DNA of 63,226 nt, filler included, from Globobulimina sp. (taxonomy: Eukaryota): assembly GCA_003354225.1 (NCBI GenBank). It is 51 parts of 51 records of this genome, joined end to end, with 100 filler letters (N's around TTAATTAATTAA, not from the genome) between each part and the next. Parts side by side here need not be neighbours in the genome. Positions count along the whole stretch, not along the records: positions 23,603 to 24,744 come from PIVH01022501.1; positions 24,845 to 25,986 come from PIVH01022502.1; positions 26,087 to 27,228 come from PIVH01022503.1; positions 27,329 to 28,470 come from PIVH01022504.1; positions 28,571 to 29,712 come from PIVH01022505.1; positions 29,813 to 30,954 come from PIVH01022506.1; positions 31,055 to 32,196 come from PIVH01022507.1; positions 32,297 to 33,438 come from PIVH01022508.1; 43 more parts are not named here. One strand, given 5' to 3'. The notes under the pieces were generated by a model that was not told the DNA's origin, searched no databases, and was given only the letters and a program-made list of their open reading frames with translations. The translations under genes were made by a program, and so were the position numbers. Shown here piece by piece: positions 23,729-35,352 of the stretch. How positions within the stretch are numbered: position 1 is the first letter of the stretch; every line of letters starts with the position of its first letter.

Positions 23729-24744
23729 ATGAAGCAGTTCCATGTTAGTAATTATATGGCAAAGTACGAAAAATCTCGTGGTCCCACAGAATTAGGTCAA
23801 GGATGGAAGAAACCGAGACATTTATTCCACGTCAACGCAGATTACGTGCCATTGCCAGAAATATCGTACAAAATCACTGCGCCCTCATTATTACGAAAAT
23901 ATATGAACAATTCCAATATAATGACACCGAGACCGGGTGGTGATTTTGGTTGGGGATTACAAGTATCACCACGCAGATTACAGCAACAACAAACGCAAGA
24001 CACTAAAGACAACGATGACAAATCCACACTACACATCACCTATAGAACCCATGTGAATATAGCTGATAATACATCCATTGTCATCACACCTGAATTCCTG
24101 GACAGTATACACGTTTATATGCGTCTATTACAGCCCAAAACCCATTCATTATCTGAAGTATTGGATGAAATGCAAGAGTTTGTCTGTGATTTCTACCATG
24201 GTACATACAGCCCGCATTATGATATAAATCGGCAACGGCAGTACCAACATGCGGCAAATTCGCGCATCTCGCAAAACACGCCAACTTTTGTGCAATTTAA
24301 ACAGAAAAAAATAATTTCCGCCATTATTGGTGCAATCCATATACAGTCATTAGAACGCGCAGAAAAAGCACCTGGCATATTTTTATTAGATGCGCGGATA
24401 TCACATATTAGCATTGAACATTGCAAATCGTATACAGGCACACCTTGGAAGACTGTAATGGGAGATATACTGAACACAGATACTATTATTCATTTTGCCA
24501 ACGCCTCATTCCAAGGATTCAAAGCTTCGCCGTCCGTGGATCGCTCCAACGGAATGCCCGTCGAAATTAAAGAGTGGGGACATGTGTTGGATCCGGCGCT
24601 GTTGTTTGAGACTGAAAACACAGAATATTTTATTGGCATTGAGATGAGCGATTCGTGTGTCCGGCGCACGCAATATATGAGCAAAGAGCATATAGATTGC
24701 GCAGAGGAAGAGGTTAAAGGGAATGGCGTTGATGAGGACAATGT
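23729..24744 (+). CDS. Fragment of a very large protein, possibly a bridge-like lipid transfer protein (Csf1/BLTP1-like)
   Basis: Long ORF; ITPEFLDSIHVYMRLLQP...EVLDEMQ among beta-strand segments resembles the Csf1/KIAA1109 helical insert (recalled similarity only). Confidence 0.4.
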
Positions 24745-24944
24745 NNNNNNNNNNNNNNNNNNNNNNNNNNNNNNNNNNNNNNNNNNNNTTAATTAATTAA
24801 NNNNNNNNNNNNNNNNNNNNNNNNNNNNNNNNNNNNNNNNNNNNTAAACGTCAAATGACCAATGCTAACTCCCCTGGCATTTGCCTATCGATAATAATAA
24901 TAATAACATATATAACCACCACCACAACCTCAACAGTGACACAT

Positions 24945-25715
24945 ATGGATGCTCGCATATCATGGAAAGAAGTATTTAATGGCGATAAAACGACATGGAC
25001 CGACGAAGAAAAAGCAAAAATAAACAAAAAAACAAATACATCGACATACAGAATATTAACAAATGTCATCATGAAATTCTGCGACAAGCCTAAATATGGC
25101 ATTGTCGAAAACAAACGAGAGACGACGCCATATACCACCACCAAACAATTGATTGGAGCGATGAATAAAGAAAGCGCCAAATTTTTAGAAACTATTCGCG
25201 ATGAATATGATGATAAATTAACATTGGACCATTTTAAAAAAGCATCAATTTATGGCAAATTTCATGAATTTAGAAGAGATGAAATATTACAAAGGCAACA
25301 AGCAATATATACAGATTTAAAGGCGAGATTGGATGTGGCATTTGAGAAGAATAATTTTCATGCATTGGATTCGAAAAAGAAGCAATTAGCGGCATTAAGG
25401 ACGCGGAGCTCATCAAAGAAAAGGAGGAAAAAAAGAAAACGAACAGAATTGCAGTCGATAGATGAAAATGAAGAAAATGATCCGAATATTATTAATGTAC
25501 GTATGCGCCGTCCGTCTGCCAAAAGAGGGCGGATATCAGCTAGGAATTTATTGGATGAATTCGGTGATGGTGACAATAACAACAACGATCACAATCACAA
25601 CCACAACCACAACGATGGCGATATTGAAATCTTAACAACGCCACATAATAACAATCACAATCACAACAATAACACACGTATGATATATTTGTATATGATA
25701 TATAGGATAGTATAG
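24945..25715 (+). CDS. Hypothetical, probably nuclear, protein with a basic NLS-like stretch and N/H-rich tracts
   Basis: Long ORF, KKRRKKRKR, NH repeats; possible donor C|GTATGA at 25678. Confidence 0.55.
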   Translation: MDARISWKEVFNGDKTTWTDEEKAKINKKTNTSTYRILTNVIMKFCDKPKYGIVENKRETTPYTTTKQLIGAMNKESAKFLETIRDEYDDKLTLDHFKKASIYGKFHEFRRDEILQRQQAIYTDLKARLDVAFEKNNFHALDSKKKQLAALRTRSSSKKRRKKRKRTELQSIDENEENDPNIINVRMRRPSAKRGRISARNLLDEFGDGDNNNNDHNHNHNHNDGDIEILTTPHNNNHNHNNNTRMIYLYMIYRIV

Positions 25716-25785
25716 ATAGGATAGAATAGATAGGATAGAATAGATAGGATAGAATAGATAGGATAGAATAGATAGGATAGGATAG
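25702..25785. repeat. (ATAGGATAGAATAG)n minisatellite
   Basis: About five to six tandem 14-nt units, directly visible. Confidence 0.9.
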
Positions 25786-25787
25786 TT

Positions 25788-25986
25788 AGTTCAGTTTCAA
25801 ACTGAACTTTTTATTTATATGGGCATGCAGTGTATGAATGCATTGCTGCTCTTCAGTTTGAAACTGAAATTATCGGTTTCAAAATAATTTATCAGTTTGA
25901 AACTAGAAATTTCAGTTTCAAACTGATAGGATACGATATGAGGGGGCGAAGCCCCTCATATCTCATATTATTATATTCAAACTGAA
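25788..25986. repeat. Cluster of TCAGTTT(C/G)AAACTGA palindromes plus a GCGAAGC-capped hairpin
   Basis: Copies at 25791, 25853, 25892 (partial), 25912 and 25976 (partial); hairpin GATATGAGGGGGC-GAA-GCCCCTCATATC at 25935-25962. Confidence 0.85.
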
Positions 25987-26138
25987 NNNNNNNNNNNNNN
26001 NNNNNNNNNNNNNNNNNNNNNNNNNNNNNNTTAATTAATTAANNNNNNNNNNNNNNNNNNNNNNNNNNNNNNNNNNNNNNNNNNNNGCAATTGCAAATAA
26101 TAGCAAATAATAAACTAGCTTTCGAACTTTTTGTCGCA

Positions 26139-26371
26139 GTTATTTATTGCTAGTTTGCTACGTCTGTTATTTGTCTCATGCCACAAAATATAATCCGATG
26201 AAAATTCACAGAAACACGTTATTTATTGCTAGCTTGCTACGTCTGATATTGATCTCAGACACAAAAACATAATCCGAACAAAATTCACAGAAACACGTTT
26301 TCATGCCAGTTTGCTAGGTCTGGTTTTGATCTCAGCTCATTAAATATGATCCGATGAATAATCCAGAAACA
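26139..26371. repeat. Three diverged ~79-bp tandem repeats
   Basis: TGCTAG(T/C)TTGCTACGTCTG...TCTCA...ATCCGA...CAGAAACA repeated three times with no unique spacers. Confidence 0.75.
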
Positions 26372-26702
26372 GCCTGAAGTGTTGGCTTGTGTGCGACGTT
26401 AAAATTTGATAAAAAAAATATTTTTTCAGTAATGGCTTAAAGGGAAATTAACAAATTTGCATAGGAATTAGAATTACCTCATCACATAACAAATTTTACG
26501 TGGTAAAAAACATATATACTGACAGTATTGTGGTTAAGCCACAAAAATGTCGGCATAATATTTCTACAAAATCCGCTTAATAATTTGGCCTAGTTTTGAA
26601 TTGTTGAATAGCTCAAGATAAATATCAGCAATCATAAACATTTCAGCAATCATAAAACATTTTTATCCTTGCACAGATACATTAGGTTCATAGTTATTGC
26701 TT

Positions 26703-26963
26703 TTAGTCAATATTAATTTCTTCAACAGTTGATAAATCCTCATCCGATGATATTGTTTGAACTTTTGAATATTTTAGATTTTTTACAGTCCAATAATTCC
26801 AGAGACATCTACCATTAAATGCCATGCAAAATGCATTTCCTATGATTAACAATCCCACACAAATCATTATAAAATACAACCATGTTTGCGACATTTCTGA
26901 TCCAGTAGCAGTTGGATCAATTTTTAACTGCTCACCTTGACCTATATCATCTGAAGACGACAT
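26703..26963 (-). CDS. Single-pass membrane protein, C-terminal part
   Basis: TM WLYFIMICVGLLIIGNAFCMAF and tail KYSKVQTISSDEDL. Confidence 0.5.
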   Translation of the reverse strand: MSSSDDIGQGEQLKIDPTATGSEMSQTWLYFIMICVGLLIIGNAFCMAFNGRCLWNYWTVKNLKYSKVQTISSDEDLSTVEEINID

Positions 26964-27393
26964 GATTCACTTCAGATATTCCTACGGAACGTTTTAACTC
27001 TCCACGAAAAAGTATAAACCCGATACAGAATTAAACCAGAAACTTGTTGCCTGCATCAGAAAAAAATAAAGTAAGTGAAAAAATAACAAAGCGATGAAAA
27101 CAAACGGTAAAATAATGGAGGTTCCAATCACATAAACATTGATAGAGTCCAATAGTTACATCCGATTGGAGTAAATAAATGTTTCTTGTTCGTCAATAAC
27201 AGGTTCCATATCGTTTTCAGTTTGGGCANNNNNNNNNNNNNNNNNNNNNNNNNNNNNNNNNNNNNNNNNNNNTTAATTAATTAANNNNNNNNNNNNNNNN
27301 NNNNNNNNNNNNNNNNNNNNNNNNNNNNAGGTTCTCTTTGAATAGTCATGGTCTTATGTGCAAGAAACTGTTTTTAACAGACTAAGAAAAAAC

Positions 27394-28384
27394 ATGTCTT
27401 CAACAGACGAGTATGAAGAACACGTGATATTATTTGGTGATTCAATTCTCGATAATAAGCGATACGTAAAAAATGGACAACCCGCAGTTATTGACCAATT
27501 AACTAAAAAAGGCAAATTATTAAATTGGAAGACTACAAACTGCGCAGTGGACGGTGCTCGAACTATTGATTTAATCAATGATTACATTCAAACCATACCA
27601 GATGACACCACAATTATTGTCTTGTCAATTGGGGGCAATGATGGTTTAAAAGCTTTGGGGAAGATTGCGTTTGGAATGTCATCTATTTGGCTCCCATGGA
27701 ATCTGTATCGCTTATTCATGGAAACGAAAAAAACATTTAATCAAAGATATAATAAAGCATTGCTAGCAATAAAATTAAAGTTTGGACATATATATGTTTC
27801 TGAATATTGTCAGTTATTAACTTCCTACTTTCTGCACTTTAAGATGTCCGAATGCAAAGATCATTGTTTGTACTGTTTATTATCCGATATTTCCGCACAA
27901 TGTTATAATACAATCCGTAGCAAACATTGGTATTAATATATTTTCAGGCGTTATTATTAAAACTGCATTAAATTACGGTGATATCCCCGTCATTGATATA
28001 AGATATGTGTTTGATAAAAAACAAGATTATGCAAATTCAATTGAACCGGGCGTGCCTGGAGGGGATAAATTGATTAATAATGTTGTGGATATTGTAGCAA
28101 CTCATGATTTCAATAAAACATATACGAAACAGGAGGATATTATTTATAAATCGGGCACATATTCAAATGATATGAATCCATATGATTATACATGTAATTA
28201 TTGGAAAATGACAAGCATTGGGCAGCAACAGGGATCTCCAGCAACTATACTTTTTAGGAAAGCATTTGATGAGCGGGAAAATACAAATATTAAATTTTAT
28301 GCAAAATTGGGAGTTATGACTGGTGTCTCCGTTGTTTTGGGCTGTATTGGCTGGAAGTATGGCTTAGTGAAGACATTTTGGTAG
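27394..28384 (+). CDS. SGNH/GDSL-type hydrolase with a C-terminal TM anchor (two exons)
   Basis: Block I FGDSILDN, block II AVDGA, block III LSIGGND; intron 27780-27843 (64 nt) joins CPNAKIIVCTVYYP...DYANSIEP; tail LGVMTGVSVVLGCIGWKY. Confidence 0.85.
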
Positions 28385-28819
28385 TGTTTCTGAGTGCATG
28401 TAACGTTTTTGCAAACAACTCTTTTTCTTGACTCGCCTGCAAATGTGTGGAAAAGTTGAAAAGCTAAGCTNNNNNNNNNNNNNNNNNNNNNNNNNNNNNN
28501 NNNNNNNNNNNNNNTTAATTAATTAANNNNNNNNNNNNNNNNNNNNNNNNNNNNNNNNNNNNNNNNNNNNACAATTTAATTGTAATTATAAAATAAAGAA
28601 AAGAAAAAAATAAACTCGTTTTCAATATAAGTACATACAAATATATAATGAACAATTTTTAATATTTTCCGTGGGTTCTAGGATTATAAATTAACAGTGA
28701 TATATAGATATGACATCGAAAAAATCTATTTTGTAATCTAAAATACAGTATTCTTGTAAGATAAAACAAAAATGCATCTTAAAGTTTTCCTTGCAAAACA
28801 AAAAAACCATACAAATTAA

Positions 28820-29712
28820 ATGGGGAATAATTGTGCTCCTCCAGAATTGGAGGAATCTATTTGGGATGAGGATGAAAAATATGACTTTGTTCCACGAGAG
28901 AATGAGATAGCCGACATCAAGGACATATTTGTAATTGGTAAGACATTGGGCAGTGGTGTCTCATGCAGCGTGTATGTGGGTAAAATGAAATCTACCAATG
29001 TAAAATACGCCGTAAAAGAGATGTTACGCGATGATGAATTCAATCCCAAATCATTTCGCCAAGAAGTCGATTTCTTAACATCATTATCACCACACAACAA
29101 CATATTAAAATATTACGCTGCATATACCACACCAAAATATTTTTACATTGTGACAGAGCTTTGTACCGGCGGTGCATTATTTGGTATGTAATATAAATTA
29201 ACTAATTCATAAATAGTATACCGCAAAATCGCAACAATACAGACAGAATAAGGAAATTAACTCATTTCTCCGAGAAACAAGCAGCTGACATATTAAGTAC
29301 AATGATCAAAACCATCCAGCATTGCCATAGTGTGTCAATCGTACACCGAGACCTCAAACCCGAGAATATAGTGTTTGATAAACCCGGTGCTTCTGCCAAT
29401 ATCGTGATAATAGATTTTGGCGATGCCGCTCGTGTCGATGATCATGAAATATATTCAGAATTTGTCGGTACAATATATTATTTACCACCAGAAATAACGC
29501 GGCATCGACATGGATGGGAGTTGAAGAAATCCGATATGTGGACCATCGGCGTGATTGCCTATGTCTTAGTGACGGGCAAACCGCCTTTTTTTGGCCGCGA
29601 CAATAAAAAAATACTGAATAAAATCATGGCGGGTAAATTTTCCTGGCCCTCTGAGATTAAATTATCGCGCCCCTGCAAGAGATTTATCCGTGCATTGTTG
29701 CAGTTAGATTGC
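28820..29712 (+). CDS. CAMK-group (CDPK/CaMK-like) Ser/Thr kinase with an N-terminal acylation motif, 3'-truncated
   Basis: MGNNC, LGSGVSCSV, AVK, ELCTGGALF|DRI (59-nt intron 29184-29242), HRDLKPEN, DFG, GTIYYLPPE, DMWTIGV. Confidence 0.93.
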
Positions 29713-31178
29713 NNNNNNNNNNNNNNNNNNNNNNNNNNNNNNNNNNNNNNNNNNNNTTAATTAATTAANNNNNNNNNNNNNNNNNNNNNNNNNNNNNNNN
29801 NNNNNNNNNNNNGTCGAGAGACATTTTCCGTTTTTGTATTTAAATAGTCACTAAATATTTTCGTTTTTGTCACTAAAAAGTCACAAATAGTCACTAAATA
29901 GTCACATAGTGACTAATTAATTTAATACAGTCATTGATTTATACCTCTTGCTACCACGCATTACATTATGTTCGTGGCTCCAAAGGCATAAATCTGGTTT
30001 TTCGTTATCCACTCACTAAATATGACCTTTTCTGTGGAAAGAGCCATTTGGTAAAAGAGACCGTGCCAATTTGTATACATTGTTTGTGTTATTAATAAAT
30101 TTATCATTCAATGGTGGCACTTTATGCGTTGGCTGGATGATCCAATGTATATTTGCCAAATATGACCACATTGTGGATCCAATGTAGTTTTGGCTGTCTC
30201 TTCAGAATGTTTTTGAAATGTTTTTTAAGAATTATACAATTTATATGAAAGACAAACAAATATGGGTTGGCATCCAAAATTTTTACCATTTCGTAATTGC
30301 ATTCCATACAATGAGTGCAAAATGTAGATACAAGAGAATCTTAAAATCAAGGTTCTCATCTCATAGACGACAAAATGTTTAGCTCTCGTGTTCATGAGTG
30401 TATAATTGCATATTAAGTATACATTATATATGGGTTTAGGTTTACAAATAATTTTAACCCGCAACAGAATAATCCTAAGAGTAAATGGGTCCCACCCATA
30501 TAAGTTATCTGACTCTGCTGACGCAAAAATCAATTGCTACCTATTTCGCTAAAATTCATATATCATATCTTTATATTTTGGTCAATATGGTTCACATATC
30601 AAAGCACTTTCAAGTTAATGCTGAAACTCTGTACCTAGATTGAAACTCTGTTCTTTTTTGCAAAACTCTGTTCATTTTTTGCAAAACTCTGTAATATGCA
30701 AAAATTTCAAAATCTGTTTTTCAGTATCAGTTTTCAAAAAAAATTAATGAATATTTGCTCCTAGCGCTATATAATCCATACATGTTGCTTTTCTGCAAAA
30801 AAAAATTTTGAAAAAAAATATCAAAATCAATATCGTAGGTGTTTTCCAAAAAATGCATTGAGATATGTATTTTTTCATGACTGAATTGTGAAAGAGCGAG
30901 GATCGATAAATTTCAAAAATTTGCAGAACGTGATTCATTTATATCTATATTTATNNNNNNNNNNNNNNNNNNNNNNNNNNNNNNNNNNNNNNNNNNNNTT
31001 AATTAATTAANNNNNNNNNNNNNNNNNNNNNNNNNNNNNNNNNNNNNNNNNNNNATCTAATACTGGTTATATTATATCGTTCATAGAAAATGTTTTTGCT
31101 TTATCGTAAAAATCTATTTTGTAAGAGAAAAAAACCTATTTGTTCTAATTACGATGGAATAATTAAACATCTGCAAAT

Positions 31179-31955
31179 ATGGACACCGAAGAACACAGAC
31201 GATTTGTAAGCAAAACAGAAACAGAAAGTAATAATCCAAATCTCAATAAACTGCAACAAAGAATTGAGAATCTAAACCGACAAAATAAGTTACTATCAGC
31301 AGAAAATACACAATTAAAAACACAAAATAGTTTATTGCAAAAACAATTGGATAAAAAAACACAACAAATTGAGGATTTGAACGAATTAGAAAATGAGTAT
31401 GATGGAGTTATAAACGAACTTGAAGCTCAATTAAATGAACTTGAACTGCAAAACTCATCGAATACTTTGCCGCTGCAAGTCCAACAGAGTCAATTGCAAA
31501 ATGAATATATAGATCCGGAAGATACACAAGTTAGTTATAATTCATATGGACAGCTTGTGATTGATGCACAAGAACATAAACCAGAAACATATTTATCAGG
31601 AACACATTTATCAGCCATAGCGGAGCAACATTCTGAAAATTATGAGCCAATGCAATTAATATTTGAATATGAAGAGAAACAAGAAAAATGGATCGAGGAA
31701 AAGAAATATTTAATGGCAGAGAATTACAGAGTAAATAATCAGTTTATTGAATTACAAAAACAGTTTGATATTGCAATAAAATCCGATAATAATCGCAATA
31801 ATAGCAACAAAAATGATATATTGGGTATAGTGAGCAGTGGGAATGAATTCGAAGATGAGGAGGCACCGTTAGTGTCACAGTCAAATCCAAACAATAAAAA
31901 GAATAGAAATGATAAAAATACTGGTTGTGTGGTTTGTGGTTGGCGTTTGTGGTGA
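31179..31955 (+). CDS. Hypothetical coiled-coil protein with a Cys-containing C-terminus (possibly lipidated)
   Basis: Complete 258-aa ORF, Q/E/N/L heptads, ends TGCVVCGWRLW. Confidence 0.65.
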   Translation: MDTEEHRRFVSKTETESNNPNLNKLQQRIENLNRQNKLLSAENTQLKTQNSLLQKQLDKKTQQIEDLNELENEYDGVINELEAQLNELELQNSSNTLPLQVQQSQLQNEYIDPEDTQVSYNSYGQLVIDAQEHKPETYLSGTHLSAIAEQHSENYEPMQLIFEYEEKQEKWIEEKKYLMAENYRVNNQFIELQKQFDIAIKSDNNRNNSNKNDILGIVSSGNEFEDEEAPLVSQSNPNNKKNRNDKNTGCVVCGWRLW

Positions 31956-32398
31956 CTCACTAGTTTTTGTGTGAGTTGAGTATATTTTGTACATGTAATT
32001 ATGGCGCGTGTGTGTTTAATATATTAAAAGCTGAATTTTTACTGAGGCTTCACAAGTATTTGTAATTAATGACGAGCAGAACAAACTCGTCACGAAGCAA
32101 TAAAAGCTCGTGCAAACCTGAAAAAAGAAAGGTTAGAGCAGTCACAAGAATCCGACCATTCTTTGCAACAAATAACAGATCAACACCTTTTTCAACNNNN
32201 NNNNNNNNNNNNNNNNNNNNNNNNNNNNNNNNNNNNNNNNTTAATTAATTAANNNNNNNNNNNNNNNNNNNNNNNNNNNNNNNNNNNNNNNNNNNNAAGA
32301 AAGAATCCAGCGAAGATATTGAATATATATCGCAAATTAAGAAATATGAGACGTTATGGAACCGCTATAAACGATTCAAAAAACAAAAAGCAGATCAT

Positions 32399-33340
32399 TT
32401 GGAGATGGAAATATCAGAGGAGCCATATGACTCCACTTATAATATGACGCAGACCGCGCCATCGCCGACACCGCAAACAGCCATTGAACCGTATCAAACG
32501 CGGTCGATAATGAAGAAAAAGGCATTGGGAGCATCGCCAGCCGCAAACCAAGCGGTCGTACTCTATAAAAAGAAGAAAATAAAATTCGTGATTTCGAGCG
32601 GGGAATATGAGTCCCCGCCACGCCAACCGCCATCAAAACAGTTATCCGCAGATCATATGAATTTTAGTGATGATGATGACATATTAAATGATGTCTCCGT
32701 GCCATGGCCGGCCACCCTACGATCAAAACGCCGTCGTAAACATCAAATATTCGATGGCTATAAAAATTTAAGTAATTTTATCCATGAGACCTCAGATAAT
32801 AACAACAACAGCAATAATGCGCCTTTATTTCATGGCGACCGACATGGCGGCAGAATGCGGGAAATGGAACTCGATCCAACCTGTGGTATCAAAGAGGATT
32901 TCGCGGTGTTTGGCTATCGGCAGACGGCCACAAAAAGTCAACTGGCGATGGTGCCGGATTTTGAAGAAATCAAAATGGACCCAACAGCCAAGGCATTTAA
33001 CATATTGTTAGCATACACAAAACAGTATCCCTCCGATCGATTTTTAACGCGCATTATCTATTCGAGAGAGAAAATGACGAAGCCCGCGAGAGGCGTCGTG
33101 AACGCGTATTTATTAAGACAGAATATCAAATTTTCGGTATTGAAAAAGCAGAAATTCGAAGGATGGAAAAGCATGAAAGAAGTGGAGAAATTATGCAATT
33201 TGGGAGTCATTGGCAAACAAGGTTTGAAACTGAAAATGGATTTATTACATTTATTACATAGCGCCAGATGGCCAACGCGATGCGAAATGGGCGCATTTGG
33301 AATGGCTTCATACATTTGGATGAAAAATAAATCAGTTTGA
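32399..33340 (+). CDS. Hypothetical protein (disordered basic N-half, globular C-half)
   Basis: 313-aa ORF; its TGA stop lies inside a TCAGTTTGAAACTGA palindrome. Confidence 0.6.
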   Translation: MEMEISEEPYDSTYNMTQTAPSPTPQTAIEPYQTRSIMKKKALGASPAANQAVVLYKKKKIKFVISSGEYESPPRQPPSKQLSADHMNFSDDDDILNDVSVPWPATLRSKRRRKHQIFDGYKNLSNFIHETSDNNNNSNNAPLFHGDRHGGRMREMELDPTCGIKEDFAVFGYRQTATKSQLAMVPDFEEIKMDPTAKAFNILLAYTKQYPSDRFLTRIIYSREKMTKPARGVVNAYLLRQNIKFSVLKKQKFEGWKSMKEVEKLCNLGVIGKQGLKLKMDLLHLLHSARWPTRCEMGAFGMASYIWMKNKSV

Positions 33341-33417
33341 AACTGAGGAAAGATTAGAATTTCAAACTGGGAGAAAGACATAGTTTGAAACTGAAACTAT
33401 AAAATCAGTTTCAAACT
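33332..33417. repeat. Second cluster of TCAGTTT(C/G)AAACTGA palindromes
   Basis: Perfect copy at 33332-33346; partial copies at 33360, 33382 and 33405. Confidence 0.85.
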
Positions 33418-33538
33418 AAATATTTGCGCCTTACGCAANNNNNNNNNNNNNNNNNNNNNNNNNNNNNNNNNNNNNNNNNNNNTTAATTAATTAANNNNNN
33501 NNNNNNNNNNNNNNNNNNNNNNNNNNNNNNNNNNNNNN

Positions 33539-34170
33539 AGGCACTTATTGACAAATCCTTTAAGCTTATGGAAGACAAAGGACAAGAGCGCCGGTTTATC
33601 AGAGCAATGTGCAAATGATAATCCGCAGATATAATTGGAAATATGGGATCAGAAATACTTTCGCAATTTATCATAAGCGACGCCGTAATAACGATCATTT
33701 ACCCAAAATGCAATAGTGCCATCGATAAAATTTGTCAAAACCGACACAGTATGCTCTGAGACAGGCCATTTTTTGGAGTACAAGACTGCAGATTTTTCAT
33801 GCCATAATAGTCCGTTATTACAAAAACCAAAAGAAAATTTTGGAGTCGGAAATGGTAGAGAGGTCACTAAAGGAACTAATTTAGCCTCGTCAGTTCCTAC
33901 ACCAATACAAAGACCAGAACCCAAATCGATATTTGGAACAAAAATTGTCCAAAAAGAAATTTTATTGTTCAGAGATTGTGTACCTCTGATCGTAATAGGA
34001 TTTAGTGGGTCCGCAAAATATGGAGGTCTCGCCAAATTTACATGCCAGGGATTCCCAAGATTAAACTCTGTTAAATTCCAAAGCCAGGGGTCATTAACCC
34101 ATGGGGCAGAAACATCAATTTCGCCTAAGAACGGCATTAGTGAACTGAAACAAAAATTTAAATCTTTCAA
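33539..34170 (-). pseudogene. SPSB3-like SPRY plus SOCS-box protein with a 1-nt frameshift near 33660
   Basis: IRGTQSL...FWTI...IGVGT...GLLWH...GTIAFWVNDRYYGVAY (SPRY); the continuation PIFPIISA...SLKDLSISA (end of SPRY, BC-box-like) is in another frame. Confidence 0.6.
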
Positions 34171-35085
34171 ACTAAACTTCCCTTTAAAATTCCCGTCTCA
34201 TTTTTCACAAAAACAACATAATTCCAAAAGAAAATCAACATATTTTTAACCAAAATATTAATTATAGTACGTAAACAGCAAATACGGAAAATTAACTTTC
34301 CAACACTATCCAATACATATACAAGAAACCGTTCCCAATAGTGCACTGAAATAAATAAATAGAACTAAATATAAGTTGAATAACCAAGTTATAAATAATT
34401 ACCTTATAACGACAACAAAAGCAAAACAATAGTTAAAAGGATAATAATTAATCAATATTCGTAGAACTATCACTAAATAGTCCACGATCCAAATTTACAA
34501 GGCGATTTTCAGAGTTATACCACATACTAGAGTCAATTTTACTATAGGAGTCAATTTTATTATGAAAATCAGTATGAACAAGTCCCCATTCACCAAAGTA
34601 GTAAAGTAATGATTCCCAAAGTTCACTAGCATGACTTAAAGTATGAGAGTTTCCTACTATGATAAGACCATGCTTAGCTCNNNNNNNNNNNNNNNNNNNN
34701 NNNNNNNNNNNNNNNNNNNNNNNNTTAATTAATTAANNNNNNNNNNNNNNNNNNNNNNNNNNNNNNNNNNNNNNNNNNNNATTAAATCGTTTGTCAAAAA
34801 GAGCGAAATCCTATATTCAATTTCAAAAATGTGTGCAAGAAAAAAAGGATCGCAAACTATCGTTTCTTACGGAACATGTTGTTATAAACGCAAACAAAAG
34901 GTTACATACAATGGATATCACAAATAAGGCACTCAATGCACAGCAACAAAACAATCAGCAATTGGATGCATATGTTAATAGGAATGATAAGCGATACTCG
35001 CAGAAATTTGAAAAGAGAATCATCAACATTTTGATAAAGAGAGACTCAGGAATTAAATGCTGAATTTCTTGGGGAAACAAGAAAA

Positions 35086-35352
35086 ATGAGTGGTATTAAT
35101 ACTGGCACTGTAAATAAAGTGCTTGTAATAAGAACAATTGATGAAAATAATCAAAATGCATTGGTAACAATTGATAAATCGAAAAATATCGTAACGGCGG
35201 ATTCTGGGAATTCAGCAGAAAGGAAATGTACATTTTGTGGTAAATTAGGGTTAAATATGAAAATATGCTCAAGATGTAAGCAAACGCATTATTGCGGCGT
35301 TCAATGTCAAAAACCTGATTGGAAAAATCATAAAAAATATTGTAACAAATAA
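35086..35352 (+). CDS. MYND zinc-finger protein, C-terminal part (the upstream ORF 34791-35063 is out of frame)
   Basis: CTFCGK...CSRCKQTHYCGVQCQKPDWKNHKKYC. Confidence 0.8.
   Translation: MSGINTGTVNKVLVIRTIDENNQNALVTIDKSKNIVTADSGNSAERKCTFCGKLGLNMKICSRCKQTHYCGVQCQKPDWKNHKKYCNK

Noticed and set aside
26139-26371. CRISPR array
   Set aside because: The units are similar along their whole ~79-bp length with no unique spacers, and there are no cas genes; it is a tandem repeat.
29844-30691. Short iterated motifs TAGTCACTAAA (29844-29915) and CAAAACTCTG (30623-30691) as transposon ends
   Set aside because: Possibly subterminal repeats, but no TIR pair, TSD or coding remnant could be identified.
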